The translations under genes and the position numbers were made by a program. A DNA stretch of 61,764 bases, filler included. It is 6 parts of 6 records of this genome, joined end to end, with 100 filler letters (N's around TTAATTAATTAA, not from the genome) between each part and the next. Parts side by side here need not be neighbours in the genome. Positions count along the whole stretch, not along the records: positions 37,786 to 44,632 come from SRR2962707_4987; positions 44,733 to 54,589 come from SRR2962707_4988; positions 54,690 to 61,764 come from SRR2962707_5000; 3 more parts are not named here. One strand, written 5' to 3'. The notes beneath the pieces were generated by a model that saw only the letters and a list, made by a program, of their open reading frames with translations, had not been told where the DNA came from and searched no databases. Below, piece after piece: positions 44,524-55,101 of the stretch. How positions within the stretch are numbered: the first letter of the stretch is position 1; every line of letters starts with the position of its first letter.

Positions 44524-44544
44524 TCTAGTAATCGTTTAAGACAT

Positions 44545-44580
44545 AAAAAACAAAACCCCACTCGAAATGAGTAGGGTTTG
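44545..44580 (-). terminator. Terminator after tRNA-Asp
   Basis: Minus strand CAAACCCTACTC-ATTTC-GAGTGGGGTTTTGTTTTTT. Confidence 0.8.
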
Positions 44581-44632
44581 CGGTCCGGACGAGACTCGAA
44601 CTCGCGACCTCCTGCGTGACAGGCAGGCATTC
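44581..44632 (-). tRNA. tRNA-Asp(GTC), 5' part cut by the contig end; CCA not encoded
   Basis: Minus strand GAATG-CCTGC-CTGTCAC-GCAGG-AGGTC-GCGAG-TTCGAGT-CTCGT-CCGGACC-G gives the anticodon arm, T arm and acceptor 3' strand. Confidence 0.95.
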
Positions 44633-44732
44633 NNNNNNNNNNNNNNNNNNNNNNNNNNNNNNNNNNNNNNNNNNNNTTAATTAATTAANNNNNNNNNNNN
44701 NNNNNNNNNNNNNNNNNNNNNNNNNNNNNNNN
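44633..44732. other. Artificial contig linker
   Basis: Same N-TTAATTAATTAA-N structure. Confidence 0.99.
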
Positions 44733-44733
44733 G

Positions 44734-45072
44734 TTCCGTAACATGACTGCGTCACTGGTTGAACACGAGCTGATCAAAACTACGCTCCCGAAAGCGAAAG
44801 AACTTCGCCGGGTAGCGGAGCCTTTGATCACGCTGTCAAAGAATGATTCGGTCGCGAATCGTCGTCTGGCGTTTTCTCGCCTGCGTGACGATGCGGCGGT
44901 TGCCAAGCTGTTCAATGAGCTTGGTCCCCGTTACAACGAGCGTCCGGGTGGTTACCTTCGTATCCTGAAGTGTGGCTTCCGTGCCGGCGACAATGCCCCC
45001 ATGGCATTTGTAGAGCTGGTTGGTCGTCCGCTGGACATCGAAGCAGAAGAAGTGGACGAAAGCGAAGATTAA
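44734..45072 (+). CDS. rplQ: 50S ribosomal protein L17 (5'-truncated)
   Basis: [42 protein letters not shown]. Confidence 0.98.
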   Translation, partial: FRNMTASLVEHELIKTTLPKAKELRRVAEPLITLSKNDSVANRRLAFSRLRDDAAVAKLFNELGPRYNERPGGYLRILKCGFRAGDNAPMAFVELVGRPLDIEAEEVDESED

Positions 45073-45086
45073 GTTTTCGCCAAGCC

Positions 45087-45126
45087 CATAAAAAAACCGG
45101 AGGTTAATCCCTCCGGTTTTTTTATG
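45087..45126. terminator. Bidirectional terminator between rplQ and uvrA
   Basis: CATAAAAAAACCGGAGG-TTAATC-CCTCCGGTTTTTTTATG. Confidence 0.92.
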
Positions 45127-45144
45127 TCTCATCACTTGTAGTGT

Positions 45145-47976
45145 TTATGTCCGATTCTGGGCCAAGACGCCCTTCAGGTACCGCCCGGTATGTGACCCCG
45201 TCTCTGCGGCAACATGCTCTGGCGTCCCTTCCGCAATGATCTGACCGCCACCGGAGCCGCCTTCGGGCCCAAGGTCAATGATCCAGTCCGCCGTCTTGAT
45301 CACGTCCAGGTTGTGCTCGATCACTACGATGGTGTTGCCATGATCCCGAAGTCGCTGCAGTACGGTCAGTAGTTGCTGGATGTCGTAGAAGTGCAGGCCG
45401 GTAGTGGGCTCATCAAGAATGTAGAGTGTCTTGCCGGTATCGCGCTTGGACAGTTCCTTGGCCAGTTTGACGCGCTGGGCCTCGCCTCCGGAAAGGGTGA
45501 CTGCACTTTGCCCGAGGCGGATATACGATAGCCCGACGTCCATCAGCGTTTGCAGCTTGCGAGCGAGGAACGGAACCGGGTCGAAAAATTCGCGGGCTTC
45601 TTCTACGGTCATCTCCAGCACTTCGTGAATGCTCTTGCCCTTGTATCGGACCTCCAGAGTTTCGCGGTTGTAGCGCTTGCCTTTGCAGACATCGCAGGGG
45701 ACATACACGTCCGGCAGGAAGTGCATTTCTACCTTGATCACGCCGTCGCCCTGACAGGCCTCACAACGACCGCCCTTAACGTTGAAGCTGAAACGGCCCG
45801 GTTTGTATCCGCGGGAACGGGCTTCCTGGGTGCCTGCAAACAGTTCACGTATCGGAGTGAACAGTCCGGTGTAGGTCGCCGGGTTGGAGCGGGGTGTCCG
45901 GCCTATGGGGCTCTGGTCGATGTCGATGACCTTGTCGAGCTGGTCCAGCCCTTTCAGGGATTCATAGGGCGCGTGGCTCAGGCTAGTGGCTTTGTTGAGC
46001 TTTGCAGCACACACCGGATACAGGGTGCTGTTGATCAGCGTGGACTTGCCGGAGCCCGAAACGCCGGTGACACACGTCATAACACCCAGCGGTAAGGTTA
46101 ATGTGACACCTTGCAGGTTGTTTCCGGTCGCGCCTGCCAGTACCAGTGGTTTACCCTTCCGGCTATGGCGTTGTTCAGGGATCGCGATCTCTTTTTCGCC
46201 GCACAAGTACTGCCCGGTGAGGGAGTCCTTGGAGGCGATGATGTCTTCGGGCGTGCCTTGGGCAATGATGTGGCCACCGTGCACGCCTGCACCCGGCCCG
46301 ATATCGATCACGTGATCCGCAGCCCGGATGGCGTCTTCGTCGTGCTCGACAACAATAACGGTATTGCCCAGATCCCGCAGATGGAACAGTGTGGCCAGTA
46401 GGCGATCGTTATCCCGTTGGTGCAGGCCAATGGATGGTTCATCGAGAATGTACATGACGCCCACAAGGCCGGCACCGATCTGGCTCGCCAGCCGTATGCG
46501 CTGGGCTTCGCCGCCGGAGAGTGTATCGGCGCTGCGTTCAAGGGTCAGGTATTCCAGGCCAACGTTAACGAGGAATTGCAGTCGCTGACGAACTTCCTTG
46601 AGGATTTTTTCGGCAATTTCGCCCTTGCGGCCAGGAAGGGCAAGTTGTCCGAAATAGTCATGGGCGTCGCCGACAGGCATGTGGGTGACGTCCGAGATGT
46701 TGTTCTTCTCAACAAACACATGCCGGGCGCTGCGTCGCAGTCGTGAGCCGCCGCACTCTTTGCAGGGCTGCGTGCTGAGGTTGCGGGCCAGTTCCTCTCG
46801 CATGCTCTGTGATTCGGTTTCCCGGTAGCGGCGCTCGAGGTTTGGCAGGATGCCCTCAAAAGGATGGGCCTTCTCCATGATGTGGCCGCGCGAGTTTACA
46901 TAGCGGAATGGGACGTCTTCGGTTCCCGTGCCGTAGAGCAGCGCCTGACGAAAATCCTCCGGCAGGTCCTCCCAGGGAGTGTCCATGTTGATGTCGTAAT
47001 GTTCGGCCACACTGGTCAGCATCTGGAAATAGTACACGGCCCTGCGGTCCCAGCCCTTGATGGCGCCCTCGGCAAGGGTGGCCTCTGGGTGCTGGACGAT
47101 CTTTTCGGCATCGAAGAATTGCTTGACGCCCAGGCCATCGCAAGTCGGGCAGGCGCCGGCAGGGTTGTTGAAGGAAAACAGTCTCGGTTCCAGCTCGCTG
47201 ATGGCGTATCCGCACTGGGTACACGCGTAGCGGGCAGAAAACGTATGTTCGTTTCCCTCATTATCCATGGGGGCAACGAGCGCGATGCCATCAGCCAGGC
47301 CCAGAGCGGTTTCAAAACTCTCGGCAAGCCGTTGCTCAAGCCCCGGTTTGACCTTGAAGCGGTCGACCACCACGTCAATCTGGTGCTTCCGTTTCTTGTC
47401 CAGTGTTGGAACGTCATCGATATCGTAAACACGGCCGTCCACCCGCAGGCGGATAAAGCCCTGGCTGCGCATCGTGTCGATGACCTGCAGGTGCTCACCC
47501 TTCCGGTCACGGATGACCGGAGCGAGGATCATCAGCTTGCTGTCATCGGGCATGGCCAACACCTGATCCACCATCTGGCTTACAGTCTGGGCCTCTAGTG
47601 GCAGATCGTGATCCGGGCAGCGGGGCTCGCCAGCGCGGGCAAACAGCAGGCGAAGGTAGTCGTAGATTTCGGTGATGGTACCGACGGTAGAACGGGGGTT
47701 GTGGGAGGTGCTCTTCTGCTCGATCGAAATGGCCGGCGACAGGCCTTCAATATGATCCACGTCTGGCTTTTCCATCATCGACAGAAACTGCCTTGCGTAG
47801 GTGGACAGTGATTCCACGTACCGACGCTGTCCCTCGGCGTAAAGCGTGTCAAACGCCAAAGAAGATTTGCCAGAGCCGGACAGCCCGGTGATAACGATCA
47901 GCTTGTCCCTCGGCATATCCAGGTCAATGTTCTTCAGATTGTGGGTTCGTGCCCCTTTGATCTGGATATGGTCCAT
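45145..47976 (-). CDS. uvrA: Excinuclease ABC subunit A (start moved to MDHIQIK)
   Basis: GARTHNLKN, two Walker A motifs ([16 protein letters not shown]), LSGGEAQR twice, Zn fingers; GAGG RBS before 47976. Confidence 0.98.
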   Translation of the reverse strand: MDHIQIKGARTHNLKNIDLDMPRDKLIVITGLSGSGKSSLAFDTLYAEGQRRYVESLSTYARQFLSMMEKPDVDHIEGLSPAISIEQKSTSHNPRSTVGTITEIYDYLRLLFARAGEPRCPDHDLPLEAQTVSQMVDQVLAMPDDSKLMILAPVIRDRKGEHLQVIDTMRSQGFIRLRVDGRVYDIDDVPTLDKKRKHQIDVVVDRFKVKPGLEQRLAESFETALGLADGIALVAPMDNEGNEHTFSARYACTQCGYAISELEPRLFSFNNPAGACPTCDGLGVKQFFDAEKIVQHPEATLAEGAIKGWDRRAVYYFQMLTSVAEHYDINMDTPWEDLPEDFRQALLYGTGTEDVPFRYVNSRGHIMEKAHPFEGILPNLERRYRETESQSMREELARNLSTQPCKECGGSRLRRSARHVFVEKNNISDVTHMPVGDAHDYFGQLALPGRKGEIAEKILKEVRQRLQFLVNVGLEYLTLERSADTLSGGEAQRIRLASQIGAGLVGVMYILDEPSIGLHQRDNDRLLATLFHLRDLGNTVIVVEHDEDAIRAADHVIDIGPGAGVHGGHIIAQGTPEDIIASKDSLTGQYLCGEKEIAIPEQRHSRKGKPLVLAGATGNNLQGVTLTLPLGVMTCVTGVSGSGKSTLINSTLYPVCAAKLNKATSLSHAPYESLKGLDQLDKVIDIDQSPIGRTPRSNPATYTGLFTPIRELFAGTQEARSRGYKPGRFSFNVKGGRCEACQGDGVIKVEMHFLPDVYVPCDVCKGKRYNRETLEVRYKGKSIHEVLEMTVEEAREFFDPVPFLARKLQTLMDVGLSYIRLGQSAVTLSGGEAQRVKLAKELSKRDTGKTLYILDEPTTGLHFYDIQQLLTVLQRLRDHGNTIVVIEHNLDVIKTADWIIDLGPEGGSGGGQIIAEGTPEHVAAETGSHTGRYLKGVLAQNRT

Positions 47977-48171
47977 AACACCTCGCAGTCGGAAAAAACG
48001 CAAATTATACCGTGTTTGGCCCCCGGCCGGCCAAGTGCCCGGGACTTTTAAGCAGGTAAATGCACAATGCCCTGCCTGCATGGCTTCTGTTACAATGCGC
48101 GGCGATTTCCTGAAGGGCATGTGCCCCTTCTGAACCCTCGTTTCCGGACACAGTAACAGGTCAGGCATCTC

Positions 48172-49542
48172 ATGAATTCACTGGAAAGACGCTCTGTTGC
48201 AGCACTGGCATCTGTGTATGCCATGCGGATGCTTGGGCTCTTTATGGTGATGCCAGTGTTCGTGCTTCTTGGCAGTGATCTTGACGGCGCAACACCGGCG
48301 CTGATTGGTCTGGCCATCGGTGCCTATGGTCTGAGCCAGGCGCTGCTGCAGATTCCGTTTGGCATGCTGTCTGATCGCGTTGGCCGTAAACGGATGATCT
48401 ACATCGGGCTGGTACTTTTCGCCGCAGGCAGTTTGCTGGCAGCCTCCACAGACTCCATATACGTTGTAATCGCTGGTCGGATTCTTCAGGGCGCGGGCGC
48501 CATCGCCAGTGTTTTGATGGCGTTATTGAGTGATCTGACGCGGGAGGAGGAGCGGACCAAGGCTATGGCAACGGTCGGCATCTCCATCGGCCTGTCATTT
48601 TCTGTATCGCTGGTTCTGGGGCCCTTGCTGGGGTCTGTCTCTGGTTTGTCCGGCATTTTTTATGCCACTGCCGTACTCGCGTTGGTGGCAATAATGATCG
48701 TCAATCGCGTGGTGCCAACACCCCATGAGCACAAGTCCAGTGCGGATACCCATCCGGCCAGGGCAATGTTGCAAACCGTCCTGTCTGATGGCCGACTGCT
48801 GAGGCTGGATTTCGGAATTTTTGCATTACACCTGGTGTTGACCGCGATGTTCCTGGTGTTTCCAACCCTGCTTCAGAATCGGCTGGGGCTTCCCGCTTCG
48901 TCACATTGGTGGTTCTACCTGACGGTTATGGTGGCCTCTTTCTTTGCCATGGTGCCGTTTATTATCGTTGGGGAGAAAAAGCGCCGGATGAAACCTGTTT
49001 TTTGTGGTGCCATCGCGCTGCTTGCCCTATCAACCGCTTGTGTTGGCGCGCTTGGTGGTGGGCTTGCGATGGCCTGGGGGGTGCTGTTCTTCTTCTTTAT
49101 GGCGTTTAACCTGCTGGAGGCCAGTTTGCCGTCTCTGGTCAGCAAAGAATCGCCGGCAGCGGCAAAAGGCACTGCTATGGGGGTCTATTCCACGTCGCAA
49201 TTTTTTGGGGCATTTCTGGGTGGGGCGGTTGGTGGTATTCTGCTCGAGCAGTTGGGTCTTCAGGGCGTGCTTTGGTTTATGGTAGGTGCGCTGCTGATAT
49301 GGCTCGCGGTGGCGTTGACGATGTCGACCCCGGGCCATACCACCAGTTTCGTGGTACAGTTGCAGCCTGTGGTTTACAGTCAGTTTGATGAGATTGATGA
49401 CACGCTGAGAAGCATCCCCGGGGTGCAGGATGTTGTCATCCTGGAGGAGGCGGAAACTGCCTACCTGAAGGTGGATCGTCAAACATTTGATGAACTGTCG
49501 CTTGCGGGCTTTTCATTTGTCCGGCAGGGCAGCCAATCTTGA
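48172..49542 (+). CDS. yajR: YajR-like MFS transporter with C-terminal soluble (YAM) domain
   Basis: [17 protein letters not shown] motif [12 protein letters not shown]-terminal AYLKVD; lies between uvrA and ssb. Confidence 0.85.
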   Translation: MNSLERRSVAALASVYAMRMLGLFMVMPVFVLLGSDLDGATPALIGLAIGAYGLSQALLQIPFGMLSDRVGRKRMIYIGLVLFAAGSLLAASTDSIYVVIAGRILQGAGAIASVLMALLSDLTREEERTKAMATVGISIGLSFSVSLVLGPLLGSVSGLSGIFYATAVLALVAIMIVNRVVPTPHEHKSSADTHPARAMLQTVLSDGRLLRLDFGIFALHLVLTAMFLVFPTLLQNRLGLPASSHWWFYLTVMVASFFAMVPFIIVGEKKRRMKPVFCGAIALLALSTACVGALGGGLAMAWGVLFFFFMAFNLLEASLPSLVSKESPAAAKGTAMGVYSTSQFFGAFLGGAVGGILLEQLGLQGVLWFMVGALLIWLAVALTMSTPGHTTSFVVQLQPVVYSQFDEIDDTLRSIPGVQDVVILEEAETAYLKVDRQTFDELSLAGFSFVRQGSQS

Positions 49543-49600
49543 AATTCGGAGGTCTGCAGGGAAGGCAGGCCATCCCTGAAAACAGAGTCAGGAGCAGATC

Positions 49601-50128
49601 ATGGCACGAGGCGTAAACAAGGTTATTCTGATTGGGAATCTGGGGCAGGACCCGGAAACCCGCTATACCCCGAATGGCAATGCGGTGGTGAACCTCAACC
49701 TTGCAACCGATGAAAGTTACAAGGACAGGCAAACAGGCCAGTTGGTGCCGAAAACCGAGTGGCACCGGATTGTGATGTTCGGCAAGATTGCCGAGGTGGC
49801 TGGTCAGTACCTGCGTAAGGGCTCAAAGGTCTACATCGAGGGTAAGTTACAGACGCGCAAGTGGCAGGGGCAGGATGGTCAGGATCGCTACACCACCGAG
49901 GTAGTGGTGGACATCAACGGCCAGATGCAGATGCTCGACAGTCGTGGTGGCGAAGGCGGCGGCATGAGCCAAGGTGCTCCCGCTGGCCGTCCGCAGCAAG
50001 CGGGCAATGCCGCGCCAGCAGCCGCGGGCCCGTCTGGGCAGCAATCCGGAGGCGGGGGCTACAGTCAGCCGTCACAAGGCAGCATGCCGGAACCGGTTGA
50101 TGACTTCGACGACGACATACCCTTCTAG
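49601..50128 (+). CDS. ssb: Single-stranded DNA-binding protein
   Basis: [19 protein letters not shown]-terminal DDDIPF. Confidence 0.99.
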   Translation: MARGVNKVILIGNLGQDPETRYTPNGNAVVNLNLATDESYKDRQTGQLVPKTEWHRIVMFGKIAEVAGQYLRKGSKVYIEGKLQTRKWQGQDGQDRYTTEVVVDINGQMQMLDSRGGEGGGMSQGAPAGRPQQAGNAAPAAAGPSGQQSGGGGYSQPSQGSMPEPVDDFDDDIPF

Positions 50129-50138
50129 GGTTAGTTAC

Positions 50139-50166
50139 AAAAAGCCCCCGCCAAGCGGGGGCTTTT
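50139..50166 (+). terminator. Terminator after ssb
   Basis: AAAAAGCCCCCGC-CAA-GCGGGGGCTTTT. Confidence 0.9.
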
Positions 50167-50288
50167 CTGTTAACGAGTTGCAAAAAGCAGTGAAATAGAA
50201 CAATAAAACATGGAATTACGTTTACTTTTTCAACTACTATTAAAGTCACTATAAGAATCGTCCATTTTTTAGGCATCGAGGCTTTCGA

Positions 50289-51197
50289 GTGGCCCTGAGC
50301 TTTATTAAAAGCTTTCTGAATCGTTCCGATAAACGGCAGCAGATCTATCTGGAAATTCGTCCTGACGGCATCGCGTGGGCGGAATCCGGAGGTAGCGCGG
50401 CTTTTGCCGATTGCTTGCCGGCAAAGCGGGAGTCTGTTCTCCGTGCATTAGTCGGCGAGCGCGCCTGGGCCGGTGTCGATACCACTCTGGTTTTACCGAT
50501 GGATCAATACCAGGTGTTCCAGTTGGAGCGCCCTGAGGGCGTTGAAGACTCGGAGCTTGGTGATGCCCTGAAGTGGAAACTCAAGGACATTCTCGATTTC
50601 AATCCGTCCGATGCAGTCTGCGATGTATTTCCGTTTCCGGAAGATGCTTCCCGTGGCCGCGGGGACCTGGTTAACGTGGTTGCCGCCAGAAAGTCTCTCA
50701 TTAGTGAGCTGGTTGCACTGGTCGAGGCATGCGATCTGGCGTTGATTTCCATTGATATCGCCGAGTTGGCTCTGCGTAACCTGGTGCCCCGTATTGATCC
50801 CGATCATCGGGGGGCGGCCGTGGTGCACATGCGCGAGCGGTTCGGGCAGATGATCGTCTGTAAAGGCGAAACACTGTACCTGTCGCGACGGCTGGACGTG
50901 ACTTCGGATGACCTCCGGGATGCAGCGCGGCAGGAAAATGCCGTGCAGTCTTTGGCCCTTGAGATGCAACGCTCCCTCGATTATTACGAAAGCCAGTTGG
51001 GGCAAGTGCCCCCTGCCGTCATTCGCCTGGTGGCGCGTGACAACCTCATGCCATTGCCCTCCATGCTTGCCTCCTATGTGGCCGCCACCGTTGAAACGCT
51101 GGATTGGTCGCCTTACGGTCTTGATCAACCCTTTGACAGCCGCTGCCTGGTTGCCTGGGGCGCAAGTCTGGTACCGACCGGCAAGGGGGCAAAATGA
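50289..51197 (+). CDS. mshI: MSHA biogenesis protein MshI, PilM-like part
   Basis: ALKWKLKD, IDIAELALRN, LYLSRRL, LEMQRSLDYYESQLGQ. Confidence 0.85.
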   Translation: MALSFIKSFLNRSDKRQQIYLEIRPDGIAWAESGGSAAFADCLPAKRESVLRALVGERAWAGVDTTLVLPMDQYQVFQLERPEGVEDSELGDALKWKLKDILDFNPSDAVCDVFPFPEDASRGRGDLVNVVAARKSLISELVALVEACDLALISIDIAELALRNLVPRIDPDHRGAAVVHMRERFGQMIVCKGETLYLSRRLDVTSDDLRDAARQENAVQSLALEMQRSLDYYESQLGQVPPAVIRLVARDNLMPLPSMLASYVAATVETLDWSPYGLDQPFDSRCLVAWGASLVPTGKGAK

Positions 51198-51802
51198 TCC
51201 AGCAGGTCAACCTCTATACCGATGAACTGCGTCCCCGAAAGGAAAAACTGCAGGCCCGGATGGCGTTGTCCATTCTGGCCCTGGCGCTGGTTGTGATTGT
51301 GGTTTCCGCAGGGGGTGTCCGATATCAGGCGTCGCACTTGCAGGCGCAGGTCGATTCTCGGCAGGCACAGAATGATCAGCTACAGCGTGCGGTGGAACAA
51401 TTGACCACTGAGGCGGAAGCCCGCCAACCCGACCCTGAGGTTGAAGCCGCCCTTGAGCGTGTAACCGCGACGTTGGCACGAAGGCAGCGATTGCTGAGTC
51501 GTGTGGAGGACCTGGTGGCCAGCGAAGCAGCGGGATTTTCAACGCAGCTGTCGGCATTAGCTCGACAGGTGCCGCAAGGACTCTGGCTGACGCACATCCG
51601 TCTGGACGGTCATCAGGGGAATGTTGCTTTGGCAGGCAGGTCGCAGTCTGGACGGCTTGTGCCGATATACCTCGAAAAGCTTAGCGGGGAGCCCGCCTTC
51701 GTGGGCAAGACCTTCGGCAGCTTTCGGCTTGACCGAGAGGAAGACGGGCGCTGGATTGAGTTTCAGGTTGCCACGGACAGGAACTGGGAGGGTGCTGAAT
51801 GA
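51194..51802 (+). CDS. PilN-like MSHA biogenesis protein (MshI2)
   Basis: QQVNLY, one TM, coiled coil, GLWLTHI; coupled to neighbours by ATGA overlaps. Confidence 0.8.
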   Translation: MIQQVNLYTDELRPRKEKLQARMALSILALALVVIVVSAGGVRYQASHLQAQVDSRQAQNDQLQRAVEQLTTEAEARQPDPEVEAALERVTATLARRQRLLSRVEDLVASEAAGFSTQLSALARQVPQGLWLTHIRLDGHQGNVALAGRSQSGRLVPIYLEKLSGEPAFVGKTFGSFRLDREEDGRWIEFQVATDRNWEGAE

Positions 51803-52497
51803 ATCAGGCTTTTCGTCAGCAGTTTGATAGAGGCACAGCCTGGTTCGATGACCGTCCTGTTCGCGAGCGGGCAATGATTACTGTAACCGCCGTGGTCCTG
51901 GTTCTTTTTGTTGGCTGGGAATTGTGTGTAGCGCCTGTGATGGGCCGCAACGACCAGCTCCAGTCCCGCCTGGATTCTTTGGCCAACACTCAGGCGTCGT
52001 TGCTTGAGCAACAACAGGTGTTGACTGCGCGCTTGTCCTCCGACCCGTCCCAACAAATTCGGGACAGGCTCGCGGCGCGCCAGCAGCGTCTTGACCAACT
52101 CGATGAGGAACTGGCCGAAACCACCGGACGGCTGATCGCGCCGAGGGCCATGGTGGGATTATTGCGGGACATCCTGGCGGCCCAGGAAGAACTTGAGCTA
52201 CTGGGTGTTGAATTGATGCCGCCTGTGCCCGTATTTGAGGACGGTCCTGGCACGCCAGAAGACACTAACAGCAATGACGACAATGAAACCCGTGAGCCGC
52301 TGCTGTTCGCACACGATGCGGAAATTGCCATTCGTGGAGGCTATATGGACGTGCTGTCTTACCTCGAGACCCTTGAAGCCATGGACGCCCGCCTCGGTTG
52401 GGTGCTGCTTGACTATGATGTCAGCGAGTATCCGCACAACGAGATCCGGGTTCGGGTCAGGACACTGAGCCTGGACCGTGCATGGTTGGGAGTCTGA
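51799..52497 (+). CDS. mshJ: MSHA biogenesis protein MshJ (PilO/GspM-like)
   Basis: RER before the TM, G.Y..VL.YL..LE, C-terminal TLSLDRAWLGV. Confidence 0.85.
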   Translation: MNQAFRQQFDRGTAWFDDRPVRERAMITVTAVVLVLFVGWELCVAPVMGRNDQLQSRLDSLANTQASLLEQQQVLTARLSSDPSQQIRDRLAARQQRLDQLDEELAETTGRLIAPRAMVGLLRDILAAQEELELLGVELMPPVPVFEDGPGTPEDTNSNDDNETREPLLFAHDAEIAIRGGYMDVLSYLETLEAMDARLGWVLLDYDVSEYPHNEIRVRVRTLSLDRAWLGV

Positions 52498-52498
52498 A

Positions 52499-52810
52499 AT
52501 GAGGGTGTTGCTGATCGTATTGATGTTGGCTGCAGGGTATGCCTTTGCCCTTGAGGATCCAACCCGGCCGAGCGGCTTTTCAGGCAGTGCGCCACAGTCA
52601 GAACCGGCGAGGGAGTTTTCACTGGCGTCGATATTTATTGGCAATAATCGCAGGTTGGCGGTTATCGATGGAGAGGCCCGCAGGGAAGGGCAGGCGTTTG
52701 AGGGGGTTCGCATTCGGCGTATTTACCCCGACCGGGTTGAGCTGGTTGATCAGGGAAGAGTGCGCGTTCTACGCCTGGACCCCCTTCCGCAAGTGCGGAG
52801 TTCGCAATGA
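52499..52810 (+). CDS. mshK: MSHA biogenesis protein MshK
   Basis: Signal peptide, LEDPTRP, AVIDG. Confidence 0.85.
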   Translation: MRVLLIVLMLAAGYAFALEDPTRPSGFSGSAPQSEPAREFSLASIFIGNNRRLAVIDGEARREGQAFEGVRIRRIYPDRVELVDQGRVRVLRLDPLPQVRSSQ

Positions 52811-54543
52811 CAGACAAACGAGCTGCTATGACACTGAATCGAACGTTTTTGACCGTGCTGCTGGCAACGTCACTGGCCGCCTGCAGCAATAACCCGCTGA
52901 TGCGCACCAGCCAGGCCACCTCGACGGACGCTGCCCAGTCGATTGATGACGCGCTGGCGGAGGCCGAAGCCAAATCCGCGTTGCAGCGTGCCGAGCGGGA
53001 ACAGGCCGCACGGGCAGGTGTTCCGGAAGAAGTCAGTGCGGCCCTGATGCCGTCGCTGTCTGCTGACACGGATGACGAGGAACGGTTCGATGTCGATGCC
53101 CGTGGCCTTGCCGCCGGCCCGTTCTTCGAAGCACTGGTGGAGGGTAGCCGGTATAACGTGGTGGTTCACCCCGGTGTTGACGCGGTTGTTGACCTGAGGC
53201 TCCGGGACGTGACTGTTCCCGAAGTTATGGATATCGCCAGTGACCTCTATGGCCTGGATATTCAGCGCAACGGGCGACTGTTTCAGGTAAAGGCCGAAAG
53301 CGTCCAGACTCGGATGTTCCCGATCGACTACCTGCACTTCAAGCGCAGTGGCGGCTCTGAAACCCGTGTCAGTTCAGGGCAGGTCAGCAGTTCACGTGAC
53401 AATTCAACCGGTGCGGGCGCGTCGCAGGACAATTCCGACAACACTTCAACGGCGAATCTCGTTGGCACTCGCATCTCCACCGAGACCGAGTCCGATTTCT
53501 GGACCGATATTCAGCGCGCGCTGCAAATGATCGTAGGATCGGAGAATGGTAATCAGGTGATCATCAATCCCGGCGCGGGGCTGGTGATGGTGCGCTCCGA
53601 TGGAAAGTCCCTGGCGCAGGTGGAAGAGTACCTTCGCCGAACTCAGTTGATTATGCAGCGGCAGGTGGTGCTGGAAGCCAAGATTCTGGAAATTGGTCTG
53701 AATGAAGGCTATCAGCAAGGGGTTAACTGGTCTGATATTCAGAGTGCCTCCTCGGTAACAGCGAGCGATGGCTTGCCGGCCGAGTTCACTGCCCAATCGC
53801 TGGCGGGGCAGGCGATACGGACCTCCGACATTGGGGGCTTGTTTTCGGCGACCTTCCGGGAAGGAACCTTCACGGCGCTTATTGAACTTTTGGGCGAGCA
53901 GGGCAATGTGCAGATTCTCTCCAGCCCCCGAATTTCGACCATCAATAATCAAAAAGCGGTGATCAAGGTTGGCACCGACGAGTTTTTCGTAACGGACATC
54001 GACTTCGACGACAACAACTCGGCAGTGACAGCCACTGACCGGACCTCCACCTCAGTGGAACTGACCCCGTTTTTCTCCGGGATTTCGCTCGACGTTACCC
54101 CACAGATTTCAGAAGACGGCGCCATTACCCTGCATGTGCACCCCTCCGTGAGCGAGGTGAATGATCAGGAGAAGGTGATCACGGTGGGCGACCGGGACGT
54201 CACACTGCCTTTGGCGCTCAGCACGGTTCGCGAGACCGACAGTGTGATCCGTGCCGAAAGTGGCCAGATTGTAGTGATCGGCGGGTTGATCCAGAACACC
54301 AGCGAGGACAACAACTCGGCAGTGCCCTTCTTCAGTGAAATTCCCTTGTTGGGAGAATTGTTTAAACAGCGACGGTTCCAGTCTCGCAAGAGCGAGCTGG
54401 TCATCCTGTTGCGCCCCGTGGTTGCCGGCAGCCAGCAGATGAATGCGGATGTATCGGCCAGTCGCGACCGGATGCGGGTTCTGCGGGAACTGCTGGAGTC
54501 TTCCGAATCTGTGAAACCCCAACCGGAGAAAGCCAGGCGCTAG
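52807..54543 (+). CDS. mshL: MSHA pilus secretin MshL (lipoprotein; start may be 52828)
   Basis: Lipobox LAAC; QVVLEAKILE, NNQKAVIKVGTDEFFVT, PFFSGISLDVTPQI, KSELVILLRP. Confidence 0.93.
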   Translation: MTDKRAAMTLNRTFLTVLLATSLAACSNNPLMRTSQATSTDAAQSIDDALAEAEAKSALQRAEREQAARAGVPEEVSAALMPSLSADTDDEERFDVDARGLAAGPFFEALVEGSRYNVVVHPGVDAVVDLRLRDVTVPEVMDIASDLYGLDIQRNGRLFQVKAESVQTRMFPIDYLHFKRSGGSETRVSSGQVSSSRDNSTGAGASQDNSDNTSTANLVGTRISTETESDFWTDIQRALQMIVGSENGNQVIINPGAGLVMVRSDGKSLAQVEEYLRRTQLIMQRQVVLEAKILEIGLNEGYQQGVNWSDIQSASSVTASDGLPAEFTAQSLAGQAIRTSDIGGLFSATFREGTFTALIELLGEQGNVQILSSPRISTINNQKAVIKVGTDEFFVTDIDFDDNNSAVTATDRTSTSVELTPFFSGISLDVTPQISEDGAITLHVHPSVSEVNDQEKVITVGDRDVTLPLALSTVRETDSVIRAESGQIVVIGGLIQNTSEDNNSAVPFFSEIPLLGELFKQRRFQSRKSELVILLRPVVAGSQQMNADVSASRDRMRVLRELLESSESVKPQPEKARR

Positions 54544-54544
54544 C

Positions 54545-54589
54545 ATGTACGAAGCTCATTTCGGACTGCAGGAAGCACCGTTTGCATTG
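54545..54589 (+). CDS. mshM: MshM/ExeA-family ATPase, first 15 codons only
   Basis: MYEAHFGLQEAPFAL is a typical ExeA/MshM N-terminus, immediately after mshL. Confidence 0.8.
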
Positions 54590-54689
54590 NNNNNNNNNNN
54601 NNNNNNNNNNNNNNNNNNNNNNNNNNNNNNNNNTTAATTAATTAANNNNNNNNNNNNNNNNNNNNNNNNNNNNNNNNNNNNNNNNNNNN
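54590..54689. other. Artificial contig linker
   Basis: Same N-TTAATTAATTAA-N structure. Confidence 0.99.
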
Positions 54690-54712
54690 GTGTGTGTGTG
54701 TGTGTGTGTGTG
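54690..54712. repeat. (GT)n microsatellite at the contig end
   Basis: GTGTGTGT... directly visible. Confidence 0.9.
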
Positions 54713-55101
54713 GTTGTCTGTCCCACCACCACCACCTCCTCCTCAACATTCTCCGGTTCGCTCTTCTCTTTTTGCTGGAGCCTGCAAACACCACCAGGTT
54801 TGTTTGTTTCGTTGTTTTTGGTGTTTCTTCTTCTTGTGCTTTTTTGTGTGTTTTCGTTTCTTGTGTTTCTTTTCGCGCGTGTGTGTGCGTGTGCGTGCGT
54901 TGGGTGGGGTTGCGTGGCCTTCGGGAACGTTGAGGTGCAGGTGACGGTTCTCAGAGGCTACAAGGCTGGTATCTTGTGCTGGCCTTCTGCACTTTTTGTC
55001 GTTTTTTTTGCCGGGCTTTTATTCCCTTGCTTCGGTTGTTGCAGCTGTTGGGTTCTGCTACACAGCGCTGCTCTGATTGATTGATTGACGCTTTTCACAC
55101 A

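Noticed and set aside
47977..48171. Extended 1007-aa uvrA start, and an expected LexA box in the uvrA/yajR divergent region
   Set aside because: Homology and the RBS support the start at 47976; I found no CTGT-N8-ACAG match
45431..54546. Many long antisense and alternate-frame ORFs over uvrA, yajR and msh genes
   Set aside because: Shadow ORFs expected in GC-rich coding DNA, with no recognisable motifs
54690..55084. Cys/Val/Phe-rich ORFs at the start of contig 6
   Set aside because: Translations of a GT microsatellite and T-rich non-coding sequence
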